Notes: a model not told the origin generated them from the sequence alone. A stretch of DNA of 64,000 bases from Candidatus Omnitrophota bacterium (GCA_003598025.1 QZKH01000006.1:108035-172034), one strand, 5' to 3'. Shown: positions 9,054-20,406, counted from the first letter of the stretch. Numbers and translations are program-made.

Positions 9054-10391
9054 ATGCCTCAAGATTTAACATTAGACAAGATCCCTCCGCAGAATCTAGA
9101 AGCTGAAATGGCGTTATTAGGCTCTATGCTTATGGACGAAAACGCTATTTCGGTTGCCGCCGAATCATTGAGCGCAGAGTGTTTTTATAAAGATGCGCAT
9201 AAGAAGATTTTCCAGGCAATACTTGAATTATACAATTCCAACAAGGCGGTCGATCTTATTACACTTACAGATGAATTAAAAAGAGACAACCTTATTGATG
9301 AGATCGGAGGAGTAAGTTTTCTTACGGGCCTGGTTAATTCCGTACCTACTGCCGCTAATGCTTCATATTACGTAGGGATAGTAAAAGAAAAAAGCCTGCT
9401 TAGGGGCCTGATTAACAGCGCTACCAGGATAATCGCGATGTGTTATGAAACACAGGGCCATATTGATGAGGTAGTTGATAGTGCTGAAAAGCTTATTTTT
9501 GATGTCAGGGACACAAGAAGCCAGAGTAGCTATTTGCTTCTAAAGGAAATAGTAAAAGACAGCATAGAAACAATAGACAAGCTGTACCAGAAGAAGGCCC
9601 ACGTTACGGGTATACCTACAGGTTATATAGATTTTGATTTAAAGACCGCAGGACTTCAGCCATCAGACCTTATTATCGTTGCAGGAAGGCCTTCAATGGG
9701 TAAAAGTGCTTTGGCGCTTGGCATAGCTGAATATGCCGGAGTGGTTGAAAAGATGCCCATAGCAATATTCAGCCTTGAGATGTCAAAAGAGCAATTGGTG
9801 CAAAGGATGCTCTGTTCGCATGCCAAAGTGGATGCTAATAAAGTGCGTACAGGTTATTTGGCAACTTCCGATTGGCCGAGGCTTACTGCCGCAGCCGGTA
9901 AACTTTCAGAGGCACCTATATTTATAGACGATACGCCGGCAATCTCGGTCATGGAATTAAGGGCAAAAGCAAGGCGCCTTAAAATGCACCACGATATAAA
10001 GCTTATAATCCTTGACTATTTGCAGCTTATGCGGGGCTCAGTCAGCATAGAAAACAGGCAGCAGGAGATATCGGAGATTTCGCGTTCATTAAAGGCCTTA
10101 GCCAGGGAATTAAGCGTCCCGGTTATTGCCGTTAGCCAGCTTTCCCGCGCTGTAGAATCCCGCAATGACCACAGGCCTCAATTATCCGATTTGAGGGAGT
10201 CCGGTGCTATTGAGCAGGACGCAGACCTGGTTGTCCTTATACTTAGGGAAGAGTATTATAACCCTTCTCCTGATAATCAGGGCATAGCCGAGATAATAAT
10301 TGCAAAGCAGCGTAACGGGCCCGTAGGTTCGCTTAAATTGACATTTTTAAAAGAGTATACAAGATTCGAGAACATCGCACGCATAGAATAA
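9054..10391 (+). CDS. dnaB: replicative DNA helicase
   Basis: DnaB N-domain (NLEAEMALLGSML), Walker A GRPSMGKSALAL and RecA-like core. Confidence 0.9.
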   Translation: MPQDLTLDKIPPQNLEAEMALLGSMLMDENAISVAAESLSAECFYKDAHKKIFQAILELYNSNKAVDLITLTDELKRDNLIDEIGGVSFLTGLVNSVPTAANASYYVGIVKEKSLLRGLINSATRIIAMCYETQGHIDEVVDSAEKLIFDVRDTRSQSSYLLLKEIVKDSIETIDKLYQKKAHVTGIPTGYIDFDLKTAGLQPSDLIIVAGRPSMGKSALALGIAEYAGVVEKMPIAIFSLEMSKEQLVQRMLCSHAKVDANKVRTGYLATSDWPRLTAAAGKLSEAPIFIDDTPAISVMELRAKARRLKMHHDIKLIILDYLQLMRGSVSIENRQQEISEISRSLKALARELSVPVIAVSQLSRAVESRNDHRPQLSDLRESGAIEQDADLVVLILREEYYNPSPDNQGIAEIIIAKQRNGPVGSLKLTFLKEYTRFENIARIE

Positions 10392-10442
10392 TTACCAAAA
10401 AACAAATTGATAAAACCCAAACACTTTAATATAATATCAATA

Positions 10443-12830
10443 ATGAAAAAAAATTCAAAGATACCCTTAGCCTTATTTTTATTAAGCTTTCCCTTATTTA
10501 TCTATGGGGCACCTGTTTTTTCCCAGGATGTTACTGCGCAGGATAAGCAGGAAGTTTCCGCCGAAAATCGGGCTCCGGAAACCGTTCCGGCAGAAGAAAT
10601 CCAGCCTAAGACAATCACCTCTATCGAGGTTACCGGTAATAAGTCTATAAGCAGTAATGTAGTTATCTCTAAGATGAAATCCCGCGTCGGCAGTCCATAT
10701 CAAGAGAATGTTGTGAGCGATGATTTAAAGAGGCTGTTTGAGTTAGGTTATTTCTCCGATATTAAGATAGATACCCAAGACTATAAAGATGGGCTTAAAC
10801 TTATTGTTTCGGTTACCGAAAGGCCCATAATTGAGAAAATTGATTTTAATGGCATTAAGCGTCTTTCTTATACAGACGAGAAGTTAAAGAGCATGCTTAA
10901 GTCCAAGGAGACGCAGTATCTTGATTACCCCAGCCTTAATGACGATTTGTCAACGATAAAGAAGATGTATGAAAAACTGGGGTTCAGCCTTGCTGAAGTA
11001 GATTACAGCGTTGATATAAGCAAGGATACCAATAAAGCTGTTGTTGTTTTTAATGTCAAAGAGGATAGAAGGATCAGGATAAAAAGGATATTTGTCGATG
11101 GGAATGTTTCTTTTTCGGATCGAAAGATACTTAAGCTCCTAAAGACAAAGAGGGCCTGGCTTTTTAATGCCGGAGTCCTTAAAGAAGATACTTTAGAAGA
11201 CGATATTGAACGTGTAAGGGCTTTTTACCGAAAACAGGGTTTTAGTGACGTAAAAGTTGACCACGAGGTTAAGAATGACGGCAAAAAGTTTCTTTATATT
11301 TATATTTCTATCGAAGAAGGAAAGAAGTATTTAGTTGGCGGGGTTTCCGTAAGAGGCAATGTTGATATTCCGGAAAAAGATATCCTTGAGCAGCTTAAAT
11401 CCTGCATACCTGGAAAAGTTTTCAGCCAGGAAGCCATGAAAGAGGATATAGCAAGTATCCAGAGCCTTTATTTTGACCGAGGTTATATATTTGCGCAGGT
11501 ACAGGAGACTACCCTGGTAAACAGTGATACCGGCAGGGTGGATATAGCCTATAATATTATAGAAAATCAGATCGCTTATGTGGATAAAATAAAGATAAGG
11601 GGAAATATCAAGACTAAAGATATTGTCATACGCAGGGAGCTAAGGATTAAACCCGGCGACAGGTTTGACGGGGAGAAACTCAGGCGCAGCAAGGAAAGGC
11701 TCAAGAACTTAGGATTCTTCGACGAGATTAGTTATGATACCGAGGATACTGTGGTGCCGAACGAAAAGGACCTTATAGTTGATGTAAAAGAATCCAAGAC
11801 CGGAGCTTTTAGTTTCGGCGGAGGTTACAGCACTGTTGACGAATTCATTGGTTTTGTTGAGCTTGAACAGAAGAACTTTGATTGGAAGAATTGGCCGTAT
11901 TTTACGGGTGATGGGCAGAACTTAAGGCTGCGCACATCTTTCGGTTCATTAAGCTCGGGATTTGACCTAAGCTTTACTGAACCATGGCTTTTTGATTATC
12001 CTGTCTCTTTCGGGTTTGATGTATATAAGAAGACGCACGAACGCGAATCAGATGTAGGCTATGGTTATGATGAGGATATAACCGGAGGGGATTTAAGGCT
12101 CGGTAAGGAACTCAGCGAATATGTAAAGGGTAATCTCGTCTATCGTTATGACAGGATAGACATTTCAAATATCTCACCGGAAGCAACAAATGATTTAAAG
12201 AAAGAAGAAGGCAAGAATACAATAAGCAGTATGCAGTTTGGGCTGACTTTTGACAGCAGGGACAATGTTTTTGACCCGATAAAGGGAGATATGCTCAGCG
12301 GCACAGTAGAAACTGCCGGCGGGCCGTTCGGGGGGGATAAGGATTTTGTGAAATTCTTCGGCCGGGTTTCGCACTATATACCTTTATGGAAGAAGTCTTC
12401 CCTTGAGCTAAGGGCCAGGGCAGGTGTTGTCGATGCGTATGGTGATTCAAACGATGTCCCGATATATGAGAGATTTTTTGCCGGCGGTGCTTATACAATA
12501 AGAGGTTATGAAGAAAGAAAAATCGGGCCGATTGATCCTGTTTCAAAGGACCCCTTAGGCGGTAATTCCATGGTTGTAGGCAACATAGAATATGTTTATC
12601 CTGTTTTTGATTTTCTTAAAGCGGCAGTTTTTTATGACACCGGTAATGTCTGGGCAAAAATGGGTGATATCGGTGACGGAGGCTTTAAATCAAGTTTTGG
12701 GTTTGGCATCCGTATCAAAACCCCGATCGGGCCGATTATGCTTGATTACGGTATCCCGCTTGATAAAGAGCCGGGAGAGGATTCCAGGAGCGATGGCAGG
12801 ATCCACTTTAGCATGAGCCACGGTTTCTAA
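10443..12830 (+). CDS. bamA: outer membrane protein assembly factor BamA (Omp85)
   Basis: Signal peptide, multiple POTRA-like segments and a C-terminal beta-barrel ending in F. Start chosen at MKKNSKIP within the longer ORF. Confidence 0.85.
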   Translation: MKKNSKIPLALFLLSFPLFIYGAPVFSQDVTAQDKQEVSAENRAPETVPAEEIQPKTITSIEVTGNKSISSNVVISKMKSRVGSPYQENVVSDDLKRLFELGYFSDIKIDTQDYKDGLKLIVSVTERPIIEKIDFNGIKRLSYTDEKLKSMLKSKETQYLDYPSLNDDLSTIKKMYEKLGFSLAEVDYSVDISKDTNKAVVVFNVKEDRRIRIKRIFVDGNVSFSDRKILKLLKTKRAWLFNAGVLKEDTLEDDIERVRAFYRKQGFSDVKVDHEVKNDGKKFLYIYISIEEGKKYLVGGVSVRGNVDIPEKDILEQLKSCIPGKVFSQEAMKEDIASIQSLYFDRGYIFAQVQETTLVNSDTGRVDIAYNIIENQIAYVDKIKIRGNIKTKDIVIRRELRIKPGDRFDGEKLRRSKERLKNLGFFDEISYDTEDTVVPNEKDLIVDVKESKTGAFSFGGGYSTVDEFIGFVELEQKNFDWKNWPYFTGDGQNLRLRTSFGSLSSGFDLSFTEPWLFDYPVSFGFDVYKKTHERESDVGYGYDEDITGGDLRLGKELSEYVKGNLVYRYDRIDISNISPEATNDLKKEEGKNTISSMQFGLTFDSRDNVFDPIKGDMLSGTVETAGGPFGGDKDFVKFFGRVSHYIPLWKKSSLELRARAGVVDAYGDSNDVPIYERFFAGGAYTIRGYEERKIGPIDPVSKDPLGGNSMVVGNIEYVYPVFDFLKAAVFYDTGNVWAKMGDIGDGGFKSSFGFGIRIKTPIGPIMLDYGIPLDKEPGEDSRSDGRIHFSMSHGF

Positions 12831-12884
12831 ATAAAGTTAACCATATCTTAATAAATGATATCGGGATTAAAAGGAGGAAGGTTG

Positions 12885-13391
12885 ATGAAAAAAGTAAGAA
12901 TTGTATCATTAGTGGTCATTTTTGTAGCAGCTCTTTTCCTAAACATAGCTTATTCTGCGGATAAATTTGCCTATGTAGATTTAAGCAGGATCTTCAGCGA
13001 ATACAAGAAAACACAGGACTACGAAAAGACCCTCGGTGATAAAGAGTCGGTCTACAGCAAAGAAAGAGACAAAAAGATAGATGAGCTCAAGAAATTGCAG
13101 GATAAATTGAATTTACTCAGCGATAAGGATAAGGAGACCAAGCAGAAAGACCTGGAAATAAAAGTCAAGGACTTGCAGGGTTTTGACCGCCAAAATCAGA
13201 CCGACCTGCGTAAAGAGCAGGATGAGAAAATGAAAGAGATACTTAAAGACATAGAAGAGACTGTGAAATCTTATTCCGAAAAGGAAGGCTATACCATGGT
13301 TTTTAATGACAGGGTCCTGGTTTACCAGGTTAAGAATATGGATATAACCGATAAGATAGTAAGCATCCTGAATAAGAATTATAAAAAATAG
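12885..13391 (+). CDS. skp: OmpH/Skp periplasmic chaperone
   Basis: Signal peptide plus coiled-coil-rich OmpH-like sequence between bamA and lpxD. Start at MKKVRIV after an aaggagg RBS. Confidence 0.75.
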   Translation: MKKVRIVSLVVIFVAALFLNIAYSADKFAYVDLSRIFSEYKKTQDYEKTLGDKESVYSKERDKKIDELKKLQDKLNLLSDKDKETKQKDLEIKVKDLQGFDRQNQTDLRKEQDEKMKEILKDIEETVKSYSEKEGYTMVFNDRVLVYQVKNMDITDKIVSILNKNYKK

Positions 13392-13402
13392 TTCTGCGTT
13401 TA

Positions 13403-14443
13403 ATGAAAAGAACACTCGGCGAAATAGCAAAGTTTATAGGGGGCAAGGTAAGCGGGGATGAAAATATTGTTATTACCGGTGTTTCCGGCATAAAAGAGGC
13501 AGGGCCTGAAGATATAACCTTTGTTGCAAACCCCAAGTATTTCTCTTTTGCCGATAAAACAAAAGCCGCAGCCGTAATAGTCTCTGAAGAATTTGGCCAG
13601 ATCGCTAAGCCGTTCATCAGAGTAAAAAATCCTTCCCTTGCGTTTATAAATGTCGTTTCATTTGTATGCCCAAACCAGTCTATTCATAGCAAGGGGATTC
13701 ATCCTTCTGCCATAGTAGCCAAAAGCGCAAAACTCGGTAAAGATGTAAGCCTTGGGCCTTATGTGGTGGTAGAGGAAGGCGCAAGTATCGGCGATAGATC
13801 AATAATTTATGCCGGATGTTTTATAGGCAGGGATACTTCTATAGGCCCGGAGGCATTAATTTATCCTAATGTAACAATCCGCGAAAATGTTGCCCTTGGC
13901 AGCCGTATAATAATACACAGCGGCACAGTTATAGGCTCTGACGGTTTTGGATATGTCAATGTCGACGGGGTGCATCATAAAGTGCCTCAGGTTGGTACGG
14001 TAGTGATAGAGGATGATGTTGAAATAGGCGCGAATGTCACCATCGACAGGGCCAGGTTTGATAAGACTTTTATCGGCAAAGGCACAAAGATCGATAATCT
14101 TGTCCAGATCGCCCACAACGTTATCATCGGCAGCAATTCGCTCGTTATTGCGCAGGCAGGTATCTCCGGCAGTGTTGTTATAGGCAACAATGTCACATTG
14201 GCAGGCCAGGCTGGCTTGTCCGGGCATCTAACAATAGGGGATAATTCGATAGTCGCGGCGCAAGCCGGAGTCACTAAGAGTATACCGGCTAATACAATCG
14301 TTTCAGGTTATCCTGCTAAGCCGCACGATGTGGCAATACGCGTTAATGCCTGTGTGCAAAATTTACCCAGGCTTTATGAGACAGTTAACGAATTAAAAAA
14401 GAAAGTCGATTCCCTTCAGTCAAAATTAAAGGAGAACGGATAG
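13403..14443 (+). CDS. lpxD: UDP-3-O-acylglucosamine N-acyltransferase
   Basis: LpxD N-domain plus hexapeptide repeats. Confidence 0.85.
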   Translation: MKRTLGEIAKFIGGKVSGDENIVITGVSGIKEAGPEDITFVANPKYFSFADKTKAAAVIVSEEFGQIAKPFIRVKNPSLAFINVVSFVCPNQSIHSKGIHPSAIVAKSAKLGKDVSLGPYVVVEEGASIGDRSIIYAGCFIGRDTSIGPEALIYPNVTIRENVALGSRIIIHSGTVIGSDGFGYVNVDGVHHKVPQVGTVVIEDDVEIGANVTIDRARFDKTFIGKGTKIDNLVQIAHNVIIGSNSLVIAQAGISGSVVIGNNVTLAGQAGLSGHLTIGDNSIVAAQAGVTKSIPANTIVSGYPAKPHDVAIRVNACVQNLPRLYETVNELKKKVDSLQSKLKENG

Positions 14444-14446
14444 CTT

Positions 14447-15769
14447 ATGGATGCCACAAAGCAAAGAACAATTGACAAGCAGGTAAGCTTAAGCGGGATT
14501 GGTTTGCACAGCGCAAAGAAAGTCAATATCACCTTTAAACCGGCAGATATAGATATGGGGATTAGTTTTGTGCGCACAGACCTTCCTAATCGGCCGGTTA
14601 TAAAAGTCACTGCAGATAATTCTGTTGCCCAAGGCAGGTCTCCCCGCAGGACTTCAATCAGCTCTAACGGAGTTGAATTGTACACAATAGAACATCTTTT
14701 AGCTGCCGTATACGGTTTAGGGATAGATAATGTTTTTATTGAAATCGATAATGAAGAAGCCCCGGGCATGGATGGCAGCAGCCATGATTTTATGCAGGCG
14801 TTGCTTAAGGCAGGCATTAAAGAGCAGGATTCTCCCAGAAAAATATATTCCATAAAAGAGCCGGTATTCGTGGAAGAAAACGGTTCTTCTATAATGGTTT
14901 TGCCTTATCCGGAGTTAAGGATTTCATACACGTTAAGTTATGAGCATTCTTTATTAAAAGCCCAGTATCTTGATCTTGTTTTGAATGAAGAAGTTTTTAA
15001 AAAAGAACTCGCTCCTGCCAGGACTTTTTGCCTTGAGAATGAAGCCGCTCAATTACAGCAGCAGGGAGTAGGTAAAGGCGCCAATTATAGCAATACCTTA
15101 GTCGTGGGCAAGAACGGAGTGATTAATAATAAATTACGCTTCGAAGATGAATTCGTAAGGCATAAAATGCTTGATTTAGTCGGAGATTTATATATGTTAG
15201 GCCTGCCTTTAAAAGGCCATGTTATCGCCGTAAAAAGCGGGCATTCTTTGAACCAGAAGCTCATAAGAAAGATAGAACAGCAGAGAAAAAGATCGGTATC
15301 TGCTTCCATTAATATAAACTATAGCCCTGATTCCTCTGAAGAGCTGGATATAAATATGATAATGAAAATCCTCCCGCACAGAGAGCCTTTTCTCTTTGTT
15401 GACAAAATAATATATCTTGAAAAGGGCAAAAAGGCGGTAGGGATTAAGAATGTCACGATCAATGATTATTTCTTTAAAGGGCATTTCCCAGGAAGGCCGG
15501 TCATGCCCGGAGTATTGATTATTGAAGCAATGGCCCAGGTAGGCGGGGTCATGATGCTGGCGCCTGATGAAAACAGGGGAAAACTCGCGTTCTTTATGGC
15601 GGTTAATAATGCTAAATTCAGAAAACCCGTTGTGCCGGGGGACCAGCTTGTTTTTGAGGTTGAGGCAGGCAAGATAAAATCCAAAACTGGCCAGGTAAGC
15701 GGCAGGGCCCTTGTAAACGGCAAAGTGGTAGCCGAGGCAGATTTAATGTTTGCTTTGGTAGAAAACTGA
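14447..15769 (+). CDS. bifunctional LpxC deacetylase / FabZ 3-hydroxyacyl-ACP dehydratase fusion
   Basis: The N-terminal ~290 aa is an LpxC fold. The C-terminal ~150 aa is a hot-dog FabZ domain ([23 protein letters not shown]). Confidence 0.85.
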   Translation: MDATKQRTIDKQVSLSGIGLHSAKKVNITFKPADIDMGISFVRTDLPNRPVIKVTADNSVAQGRSPRRTSISSNGVELYTIEHLLAAVYGLGIDNVFIEIDNEEAPGMDGSSHDFMQALLKAGIKEQDSPRKIYSIKEPVFVEENGSSIMVLPYPELRISYTLSYEHSLLKAQYLDLVLNEEVFKKELAPARTFCLENEAAQLQQQGVGKGANYSNTLVVGKNGVINNKLRFEDEFVRHKMLDLVGDLYMLGLPLKGHVIAVKSGHSLNQKLIRKIEQQRKRSVSASININYSPDSSEELDINMIMKILPHREPFLFVDKIIYLEKGKKAVGIKNVTINDYFFKGHFPGRPVMPGVLIIEAMAQVGGVMMLAPDENRGKLAFFMAVNNAKFRKPVVPGDQLVFEVEAGKIKSKTGQVSGRALVNGKVVAEADLMFALVEN

Positions 15770-15771
15770 TT

Positions 15772-16569
15772 ATGTCAATTCATCCAACAGCGGTAATTTC
15801 AAATAAGGCAAAATTAGGTAAAGGTGTTTCTATAGGCCCTTACAGCGTAATAGGCGATGGTGTAAATATCGCTGATAACGTTAAGATAGCCAATTCCTGC
15901 ACTATTACGGGCAATACTTCAATAGGAGCAAACTGCAATATTTTTAGCGGAGCGGTTATAGGAAGCGTGCCGCAGGATTTGAAATATAAGGGTGAAAATA
16001 GTTTCCTGGTAATAGGCAAGGATAATACCATCAGGGAATTTTGCACTTTCAATCCCGGTACAAGCGAAGGCTCTAAGACGATTATCGGAGACGGTAACCT
16101 TTTTATGGCCTATACCCATGTTGCACACGATTGCGTAGTGGGCAATAATTGTATTATAGCTAATGTCGGCACTTTGGCCGGCCATGTAACGATTGAAGAT
16201 GGGGCAGTTATCGGGGGGATCGTTGCTATACATCAGTTTGTAAGGGTAGGCACTCTTTCTATAATCGGGGGCTGTTCTAAGGTCGTCCAGGATATCCCGC
16301 CGTTTTCAACCTGTGATGGGCATCCTGCCCGTGTTTATGGACTTAATTTAATCGGTTTAAGGCGTAAGCAGATCCCCAGGCAATCTATCACCTGTCTAAA
16401 CAGCGCATTCAATATTCTCTTTACCAGGGGCATATCCATTAAGCATGCCTTAGAAGAGATCGAGAAGGCTAAACTATCAGAGAATCAAGAGGTAGGATAC
16501 CTTGTGAATTTTATAAAGAACTCCAAAAGAGGTCTATCTCGCTCCTGTCGCTCACCAAAAGAAGAATAA
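15772..16569 (+). CDS. lpxA: acyl-ACP--UDP-GlcNAc O-acyltransferase
   Basis: Hexapeptide-repeat LpxA with a C-terminal helical domain. Confidence 0.85.
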   Translation: MSIHPTAVISNKAKLGKGVSIGPYSVIGDGVNIADNVKIANSCTITGNTSIGANCNIFSGAVIGSVPQDLKYKGENSFLVIGKDNTIREFCTFNPGTSEGSKTIIGDGNLFMAYTHVAHDCVVGNNCIIANVGTLAGHVTIEDGAVIGGIVAIHQFVRVGTLSIIGGCSKVVQDIPPFSTCDGHPARVYGLNLIGLRRKQIPRQSITCLNSAFNILFTRGISIKHALEEIEKAKLSENQEVGYLVNFIKNSKRGLSRSCRSPKEE

Positions 16570-16572
16570 GCT

Positions 16573-17376
16573 ATGGAAAGAATAGGCTTGATCGCCGGTA
16601 ACAGAAAATTTCCTATAATTTTCTCCGAGGCTGCAAGAAAAAAAGGGTATGAAATTGTAGCCATAGCTATAAAGGGGGACACTTCCGCCAAGATCAATCA
16701 GCTTGCAGATAAAGTTTACTGGCTTAAGCTTAGCGATTTCAGCAGGGTTTTTGACATATTGAATTATGAAGGCGTAAAAAAAATATTAATGGCCGGACAA
16801 ATCAGCCCCTGGAGGCTTTTTAGCAAAGAAGTCCAAAAGGACAAGTCCCTTAAAGAAATACTTGATTCGTTAGCTGATAAAAGAGCCGATACGATATTCG
16901 GCGCAATAGCCGATAAATTCAGCGAGAGAGGGTTTGAGATACTGGATTCAACGAGCCTTATTGAAGAGCAGCTTCCCAAGAAAGGCACGCTCACTAAAAA
17001 ACAGCCTGATTTTAAAGGCTGGGAAGATGTATATTTCGGATTTGAGCTGGCAAAAAAGGTGGCCTTCTTAGACATAGGCCAGACTGTTGCCGTAAAGCAA
17101 AAAGCAATTGTTGCCATTGAGGCGCTTGAGGGTACCGACAAATTGATAAAAAGAGCAGGTAAAATTGCAAGAGGCGGCATTACAATAGTAAAGGTAAGCA
17201 AGCCTAAACAAGACAAGCGTTTTGATATCCCGGTCGTAGGTTTAAGCACTATTAAGAATCTCATTAAGGCGCGCGCCCAATGCCTTGCCATAGAGGCAGG
17301 TAAGACATTATTTATAGATAAAGAGATAAGTTTAGCTTTTGCTGATAGGCACGGGCTGGCAATAGTCGCAGTTTAA
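16573..17376 (+). CDS. lpxI: UDP-2,3-diacylglucosamine hydrolase, LpxI family (DUF1009)
   Basis: MERIGLIAGNRKFPIIFSEAARKKGYEIVAIAIKGDTS resembles LpxI. Position after lpxA matches LpxI genomic context. Confidence 0.7.
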   Translation: MERIGLIAGNRKFPIIFSEAARKKGYEIVAIAIKGDTSAKINQLADKVYWLKLSDFSRVFDILNYEGVKKILMAGQISPWRLFSKEVQKDKSLKEILDSLADKRADTIFGAIADKFSERGFEILDSTSLIEEQLPKKGTLTKKQPDFKGWEDVYFGFELAKKVAFLDIGQTVAVKQKAIVAIEALEGTDKLIKRAGKIARGGITIVKVSKPKQDKRFDIPVVGLSTIKNLIKARAQCLAIEAGKTLFIDKEISLAFADRHGLAIVAV

Positions 17377-17384
17377 GTAAACCC

Positions 17385-17413
17385 TTGACTTTATCTCTTA
17401 ACTAATGTATAAA
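17385..17413 (+). promoter_or_regulatory. sigma70-like promoter (TTGACT-17 bp-TATAAA)
   Basis: -35 ttgact at 17385-17390, 17-nt spacer, -10 tataaa at 17408-17413, upstream of the small CBM48 gene. Confidence 0.35.
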
Positions 17414-17436
17414 TGATTTTGTAAAAAGGAGGAGAT

Positions 17437-17712
17437 ATGCCCAGAGTTGCAAAACAAAAAACCGCGCAGTTCAGGATTTTTGCACCTTCGGCTAACAGGG
17501 TCGTTGTAGCAGGTAGTTTTAATAATTGGAATACAAGTTCATTATCGGCGAAGAAAGATTCAAAAGGCAATTGGGTGGCCAAAGTGAACTTAAAACCCGG
17601 TAAATACGAATACAAATTTCTCGTCGATAATAACTGGGTAAATGATCCGAAGTGCACCAGTAGTATATCCAATTCATTCGGCTCTACAAACAGCGTTCTT
17701 GAGATAAAGTAA
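17437..17712 (+). CDS. standalone CBM48 / glycogen-binding (E-set, AMPK-beta GBD-like) domain protein
   Basis: FRIFAPSANRVVVAGSFNNWN...KPGKYEYKFLVDNNWVNDP is typical of the CBM48 / isoamylase N-domain. Confidence 0.55.
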   Translation: MPRVAKQKTAQFRIFAPSANRVVVAGSFNNWNTSSLSAKKDSKGNWVAKVNLKPGKYEYKFLVDNNWVNDPKCTSSISNSFGSTNSVLEIK

Positions 17713-17732
17713 CATTGAACATAGGGATATTT

Positions 17733-17785
17733 AAGCCCCCACTTTTTGAATTTAAACTGCTTGAAACGTGGGGGTTTTTCTTTTA
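17733..17785 (+). terminator. rho-independent terminator
   Basis: agcccccacttt...aaacgtgggggtttttctttt: GC stem followed by a T-run. Confidence 0.5.
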
Positions 17786-17788
17786 AAT

Positions 17789-18508
17789 ATGAAATACATA
17801 TATGGTCCGATAAAATCACGCAGAATAGGGACATCTTTAGGCATTTCTTTGACTGAAAGAAAGATCTGCAGCTTCGACTGCATATATTGCCAAGTTGGCA
17901 ATACTACACATAAGACAGCGCAGAGAAAAGAATACGTCGCTGTAAATGATGTGATTTCAGAGCTTAAAGAGTGGGTCAGCCTGAATAAAGATGCGGTTAA
18001 AAAGCTTGATTATGTTACTTTTTCCGGATATGGAGAACCGACTCTAAATCCGAAGATCGGCAAGCTTATAAAAGAAATAAAAGCTTTTATGCCGGTTAAG
18101 GTTGCTGTAATTACCAATGCATCTTTATTATGGGATAAAGAAGTAAGGGATAGCTTGACCGGAGCCGACCTGATTGTCCCTTCTCTGGATGCGGTAACTC
18201 AGGAATTATTTGAGAAAATAGATAAGCCTCATGAAGATATTAGTTTAGAGAGGGTAATCGGAGGCCTTATTGACTTAAGAAAAGAATTCAAAGGTAAAAT
18301 CTGGCTTGAAGTTATGTTTATTAAAGGCATTAATGATACCCTGGAGCATGCTTATAAGCTCAAAGAGATTATTGGGCGCATAAATCCTGATAAGATTCAG
18401 ATGAACTCGCCTGTGCGTGCCACTGCCCAAAAAAATGTGCTTGGTGTAGACAAAGACCAGCTTCTAAAGATCAAAGAAATACTCGGAGATAAGGCAGAGA
18501 TTATATAA
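17789..18508 (+). CDS. radical SAM protein (COG0731-like)
   Basis: CSFDCIYCQ CxxxCxxC motif after the GPIKSRRIGTSLGIS N-terminus. Start moved to MKYIYGP because the longer ORF overlaps the terminator. Confidence 0.65.
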   Translation: MKYIYGPIKSRRIGTSLGISLTERKICSFDCIYCQVGNTTHKTAQRKEYVAVNDVISELKEWVSLNKDAVKKLDYVTFSGYGEPTLNPKIGKLIKEIKAFMPVKVAVITNASLLWDKEVRDSLTGADLIVPSLDAVTQELFEKIDKPHEDISLERVIGGLIDLRKEFKGKIWLEVMFIKGINDTLEHAYKLKEIIGRINPDKIQMNSPVRATAQKNVLGVDKDQLLKIKEILGDKAEII

Positions 18509-18513
18509 GATTT

Positions 18514-18587
18514 GCGCCCATAGCTCAATTGGATAGAGCACTAGTCTTCGGAACTAGGTGTTGCTGGTTCAACTCCAGCTGGGCGCA
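18514..18587 (+). tRNA. tRNA-Arg(UCG)
   Basis: Cloverleaf: acceptor GCGCCCA/TGGGCGC, D-arm GCTC/GAGC, anticodon stem CTAGT/ACTAG, loop CTTCGGA, T-loop TTCAACT. Confidence 0.8.
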
Positions 18588-18885
18588 TTTGAAATTGGTC
18601 CCTAAACTCACAAGATTTGGGATTTTGCCGCAGAAAGCGGCACACCCGCGCAAATCCACATAAGCGCGGGGTGTCTGTTGTTGGTATCAATTGGTATGCT
18701 GTTGCATGATGTGGTGTGAAAGTGGGTCAGAAAATGGGCACTTCCCCGTAAACACCCCTACCCCATACCCCCCGAAGCACCCCCAAGAGCAAAATCTACT
18801 GCCTTGGGATTCGCTTGTATACAAAAAGCAGGGTTAAGGGAAGAAGAATATAGAAGGGGAGGGTTTCCCCTCCCCAGTAGAGAAC

Positions 18886-19191
18886 TTAGCGGACACCACA
18901 GACAGGATTGAATTGTTCCCTGAGTTCTTGTTCAATCTGCATACGGCTTGTTTGTTGTAATCCTGGTGTGTAAAGCACAGCGACCTTCAGTGTGCCAATG
19001 CGATTTCTTGTCCAGCAGTTTTCTCTTTCGTGATTCTCGACTCTCGATTTCACAGTTGCAGACTCGCCAACATCAATTACTATCAGCTTGCTACTTCTGT
19101 CATCGACAATCGCGTAGACCCCGGCTCTATCCTGTAAGTAGCCCGTATAGGCATAAGGGCCTTCGAAGTTGTACTTCCCGATTGTCACCAT
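18886..19191 (-). CDS. small hypothetical protein, distant GIY-YIG-like
   Basis: aggagg RBS upstream on the minus strand. GVYAIVD...KLIVIDVGESATVKSRVENHER resembles the GIY...YIG...R..EH pattern. A ggggaggg/ccctcccc terminator follows downstream on the minus strand. Sits in the GC-richer patch. Confidence 0.4.
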   Translation of the reverse strand: MVTIGKYNFEGPYAYTGYLQDRAGVYAIVDDRSSKLIVIDVGESATVKSRVENHERENCWTRNRIGTLKVAVLYTPGLQQTSRMQIEQELREQFNPVCGVR

Positions 19192-19522
19192 TTGGTAATT
19201 CCTCCTGTGTTAAAAGATTGTTTCGCCGACTTTCTCCCCGCTCGTCTTCTTAGGTTCCGTTCATAACGCCTCCTTCGTGAGCGGAATACAGGAAGGAAAG
19301 TTGTTGACTTTCTCCAAGGCTAACATACAATATTGTTAACCGTAGTAAACACAAAGCAGATGAGATAGGTATTCCGCAATCGCCTTTATCCATCTGTTTT
19401 TGTGCAGTCCAATTATACCACTTTGGTGAATGATGTCAAGCATTTATTAAAAATATAAATCTTGACATATACTGCATTTTGTGGTAAGTTTATTCTAGTT
19501 TAAAAAAAAGGGGGGGCATAAA

Positions 19523-19888
19523 GTGGACATCAATAATGTTGATCAGCAGATAAATTGTTTTATAGGTCGTAGGATTACTGAGCTTAGACTGCAAAAGGGA
19601 TGGTCACAATCGCAACTTGCTGAAGCTATTGGCAAAGATAGCGCAACGGCTATTTCTTATTTTGAGAGTGGAGCGAGGAAAGTCAGTATAGATGATTTAA
19701 TAAAGATTGCGAAAGTTTTTGATAAAACGATTGCAGACTTTCTGCCTAGGACTGCTACAGATCAAGTTGAGCCAAAAGATTTTGCTCTAAAGCTTAGGTC
19801 AAACTACAACAGTCTTGATAAAGAAACCGAGAAAAGTATTCTAGACTTTACCGAATTAGCGAAAAAGAAGTTTGGAAAGAATAAATGA
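19523..19888 (+). CDS. XRE-family HTH transcriptional regulator
   Basis: LRLQKGWSQSQLAEAIGKDSATAISYFESGARKVSIDDLIKIAKVF is an HTH_3 domain. GTG start after a G-rich RBS. TTGACA-17-TAAGTT promoter upstream. Confidence 0.8.
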   Translation: MDINNVDQQINCFIGRRITELRLQKGWSQSQLAEAIGKDSATAISYFESGARKVSIDDLIKIAKVFDKTIADFLPRTATDQVEPKDFALKLRSNYNSLDKETEKSILDFTELAKKKFGKNK

Positions 19889-20391
19889 TTGAAAAGCCCC
19901 GTTATTCACATGCCAGTAAGATTGCACAGAAAGCTTTAAAAGAAGCTCAAGTAAATGCTCCCCCAGTAGATGTTAATAAGATTCTCAATGGCCTGAGAAT
20001 CAATTTTCTTCCCTATTCTTTTCCTGATAAGGTATCTGCGATACTTTTAAAAGATAATAATATGCTTGTAATCGGGGTTAATAAAAATCACCCTCCCAAT
20101 AGACAAAGATTTTCTATAGCGCATGAAATTGGACATTATCTTCTAGGGCATTATAAAGAAATTTTTGTTGATACCGCTGAGATATCAGAAGGAAGATTTG
20201 AGGCTGCTGATGAAGAGCATAATAAGGTACAGGAACAAGAAGCAAATTATTTTGCAGGAGAACTTCTTATGCCATCGGATATGTTAAAGAAAGATTTCCT
20301 GAAACTCAAGAATGTTGAAGAGATAGCTAAATTATATCAAGTAAGTAAAGAAGCGCTCTGGATTAGATTACTAAAATTAAAACTCGTTTAA
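19885..20391 (+). CDS. ImmA/IrrE-family metallopeptidase (DUF955)
   Basis: HEIGHYLLGH HExxH motif. 4-nt overlap with the upstream XRE gene, the classic ImmR/ImmA arrangement. Confidence 0.8.
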   Translation: MIEKPRYSHASKIAQKALKEAQVNAPPVDVNKILNGLRINFLPYSFPDKVSAILLKDNNMLVIGVNKNHPPNRQRFSIAHEIGHYLLGHYKEIFVDTAEISEGRFEAADEEHNKVQEQEANYFAGELLMPSDMLKKDFLKLKNVEEIAKLYQVSKEALWIRLLKLKLV

Positions 20392-20406
20392 TTAGCTAAA
20401 TAAAGT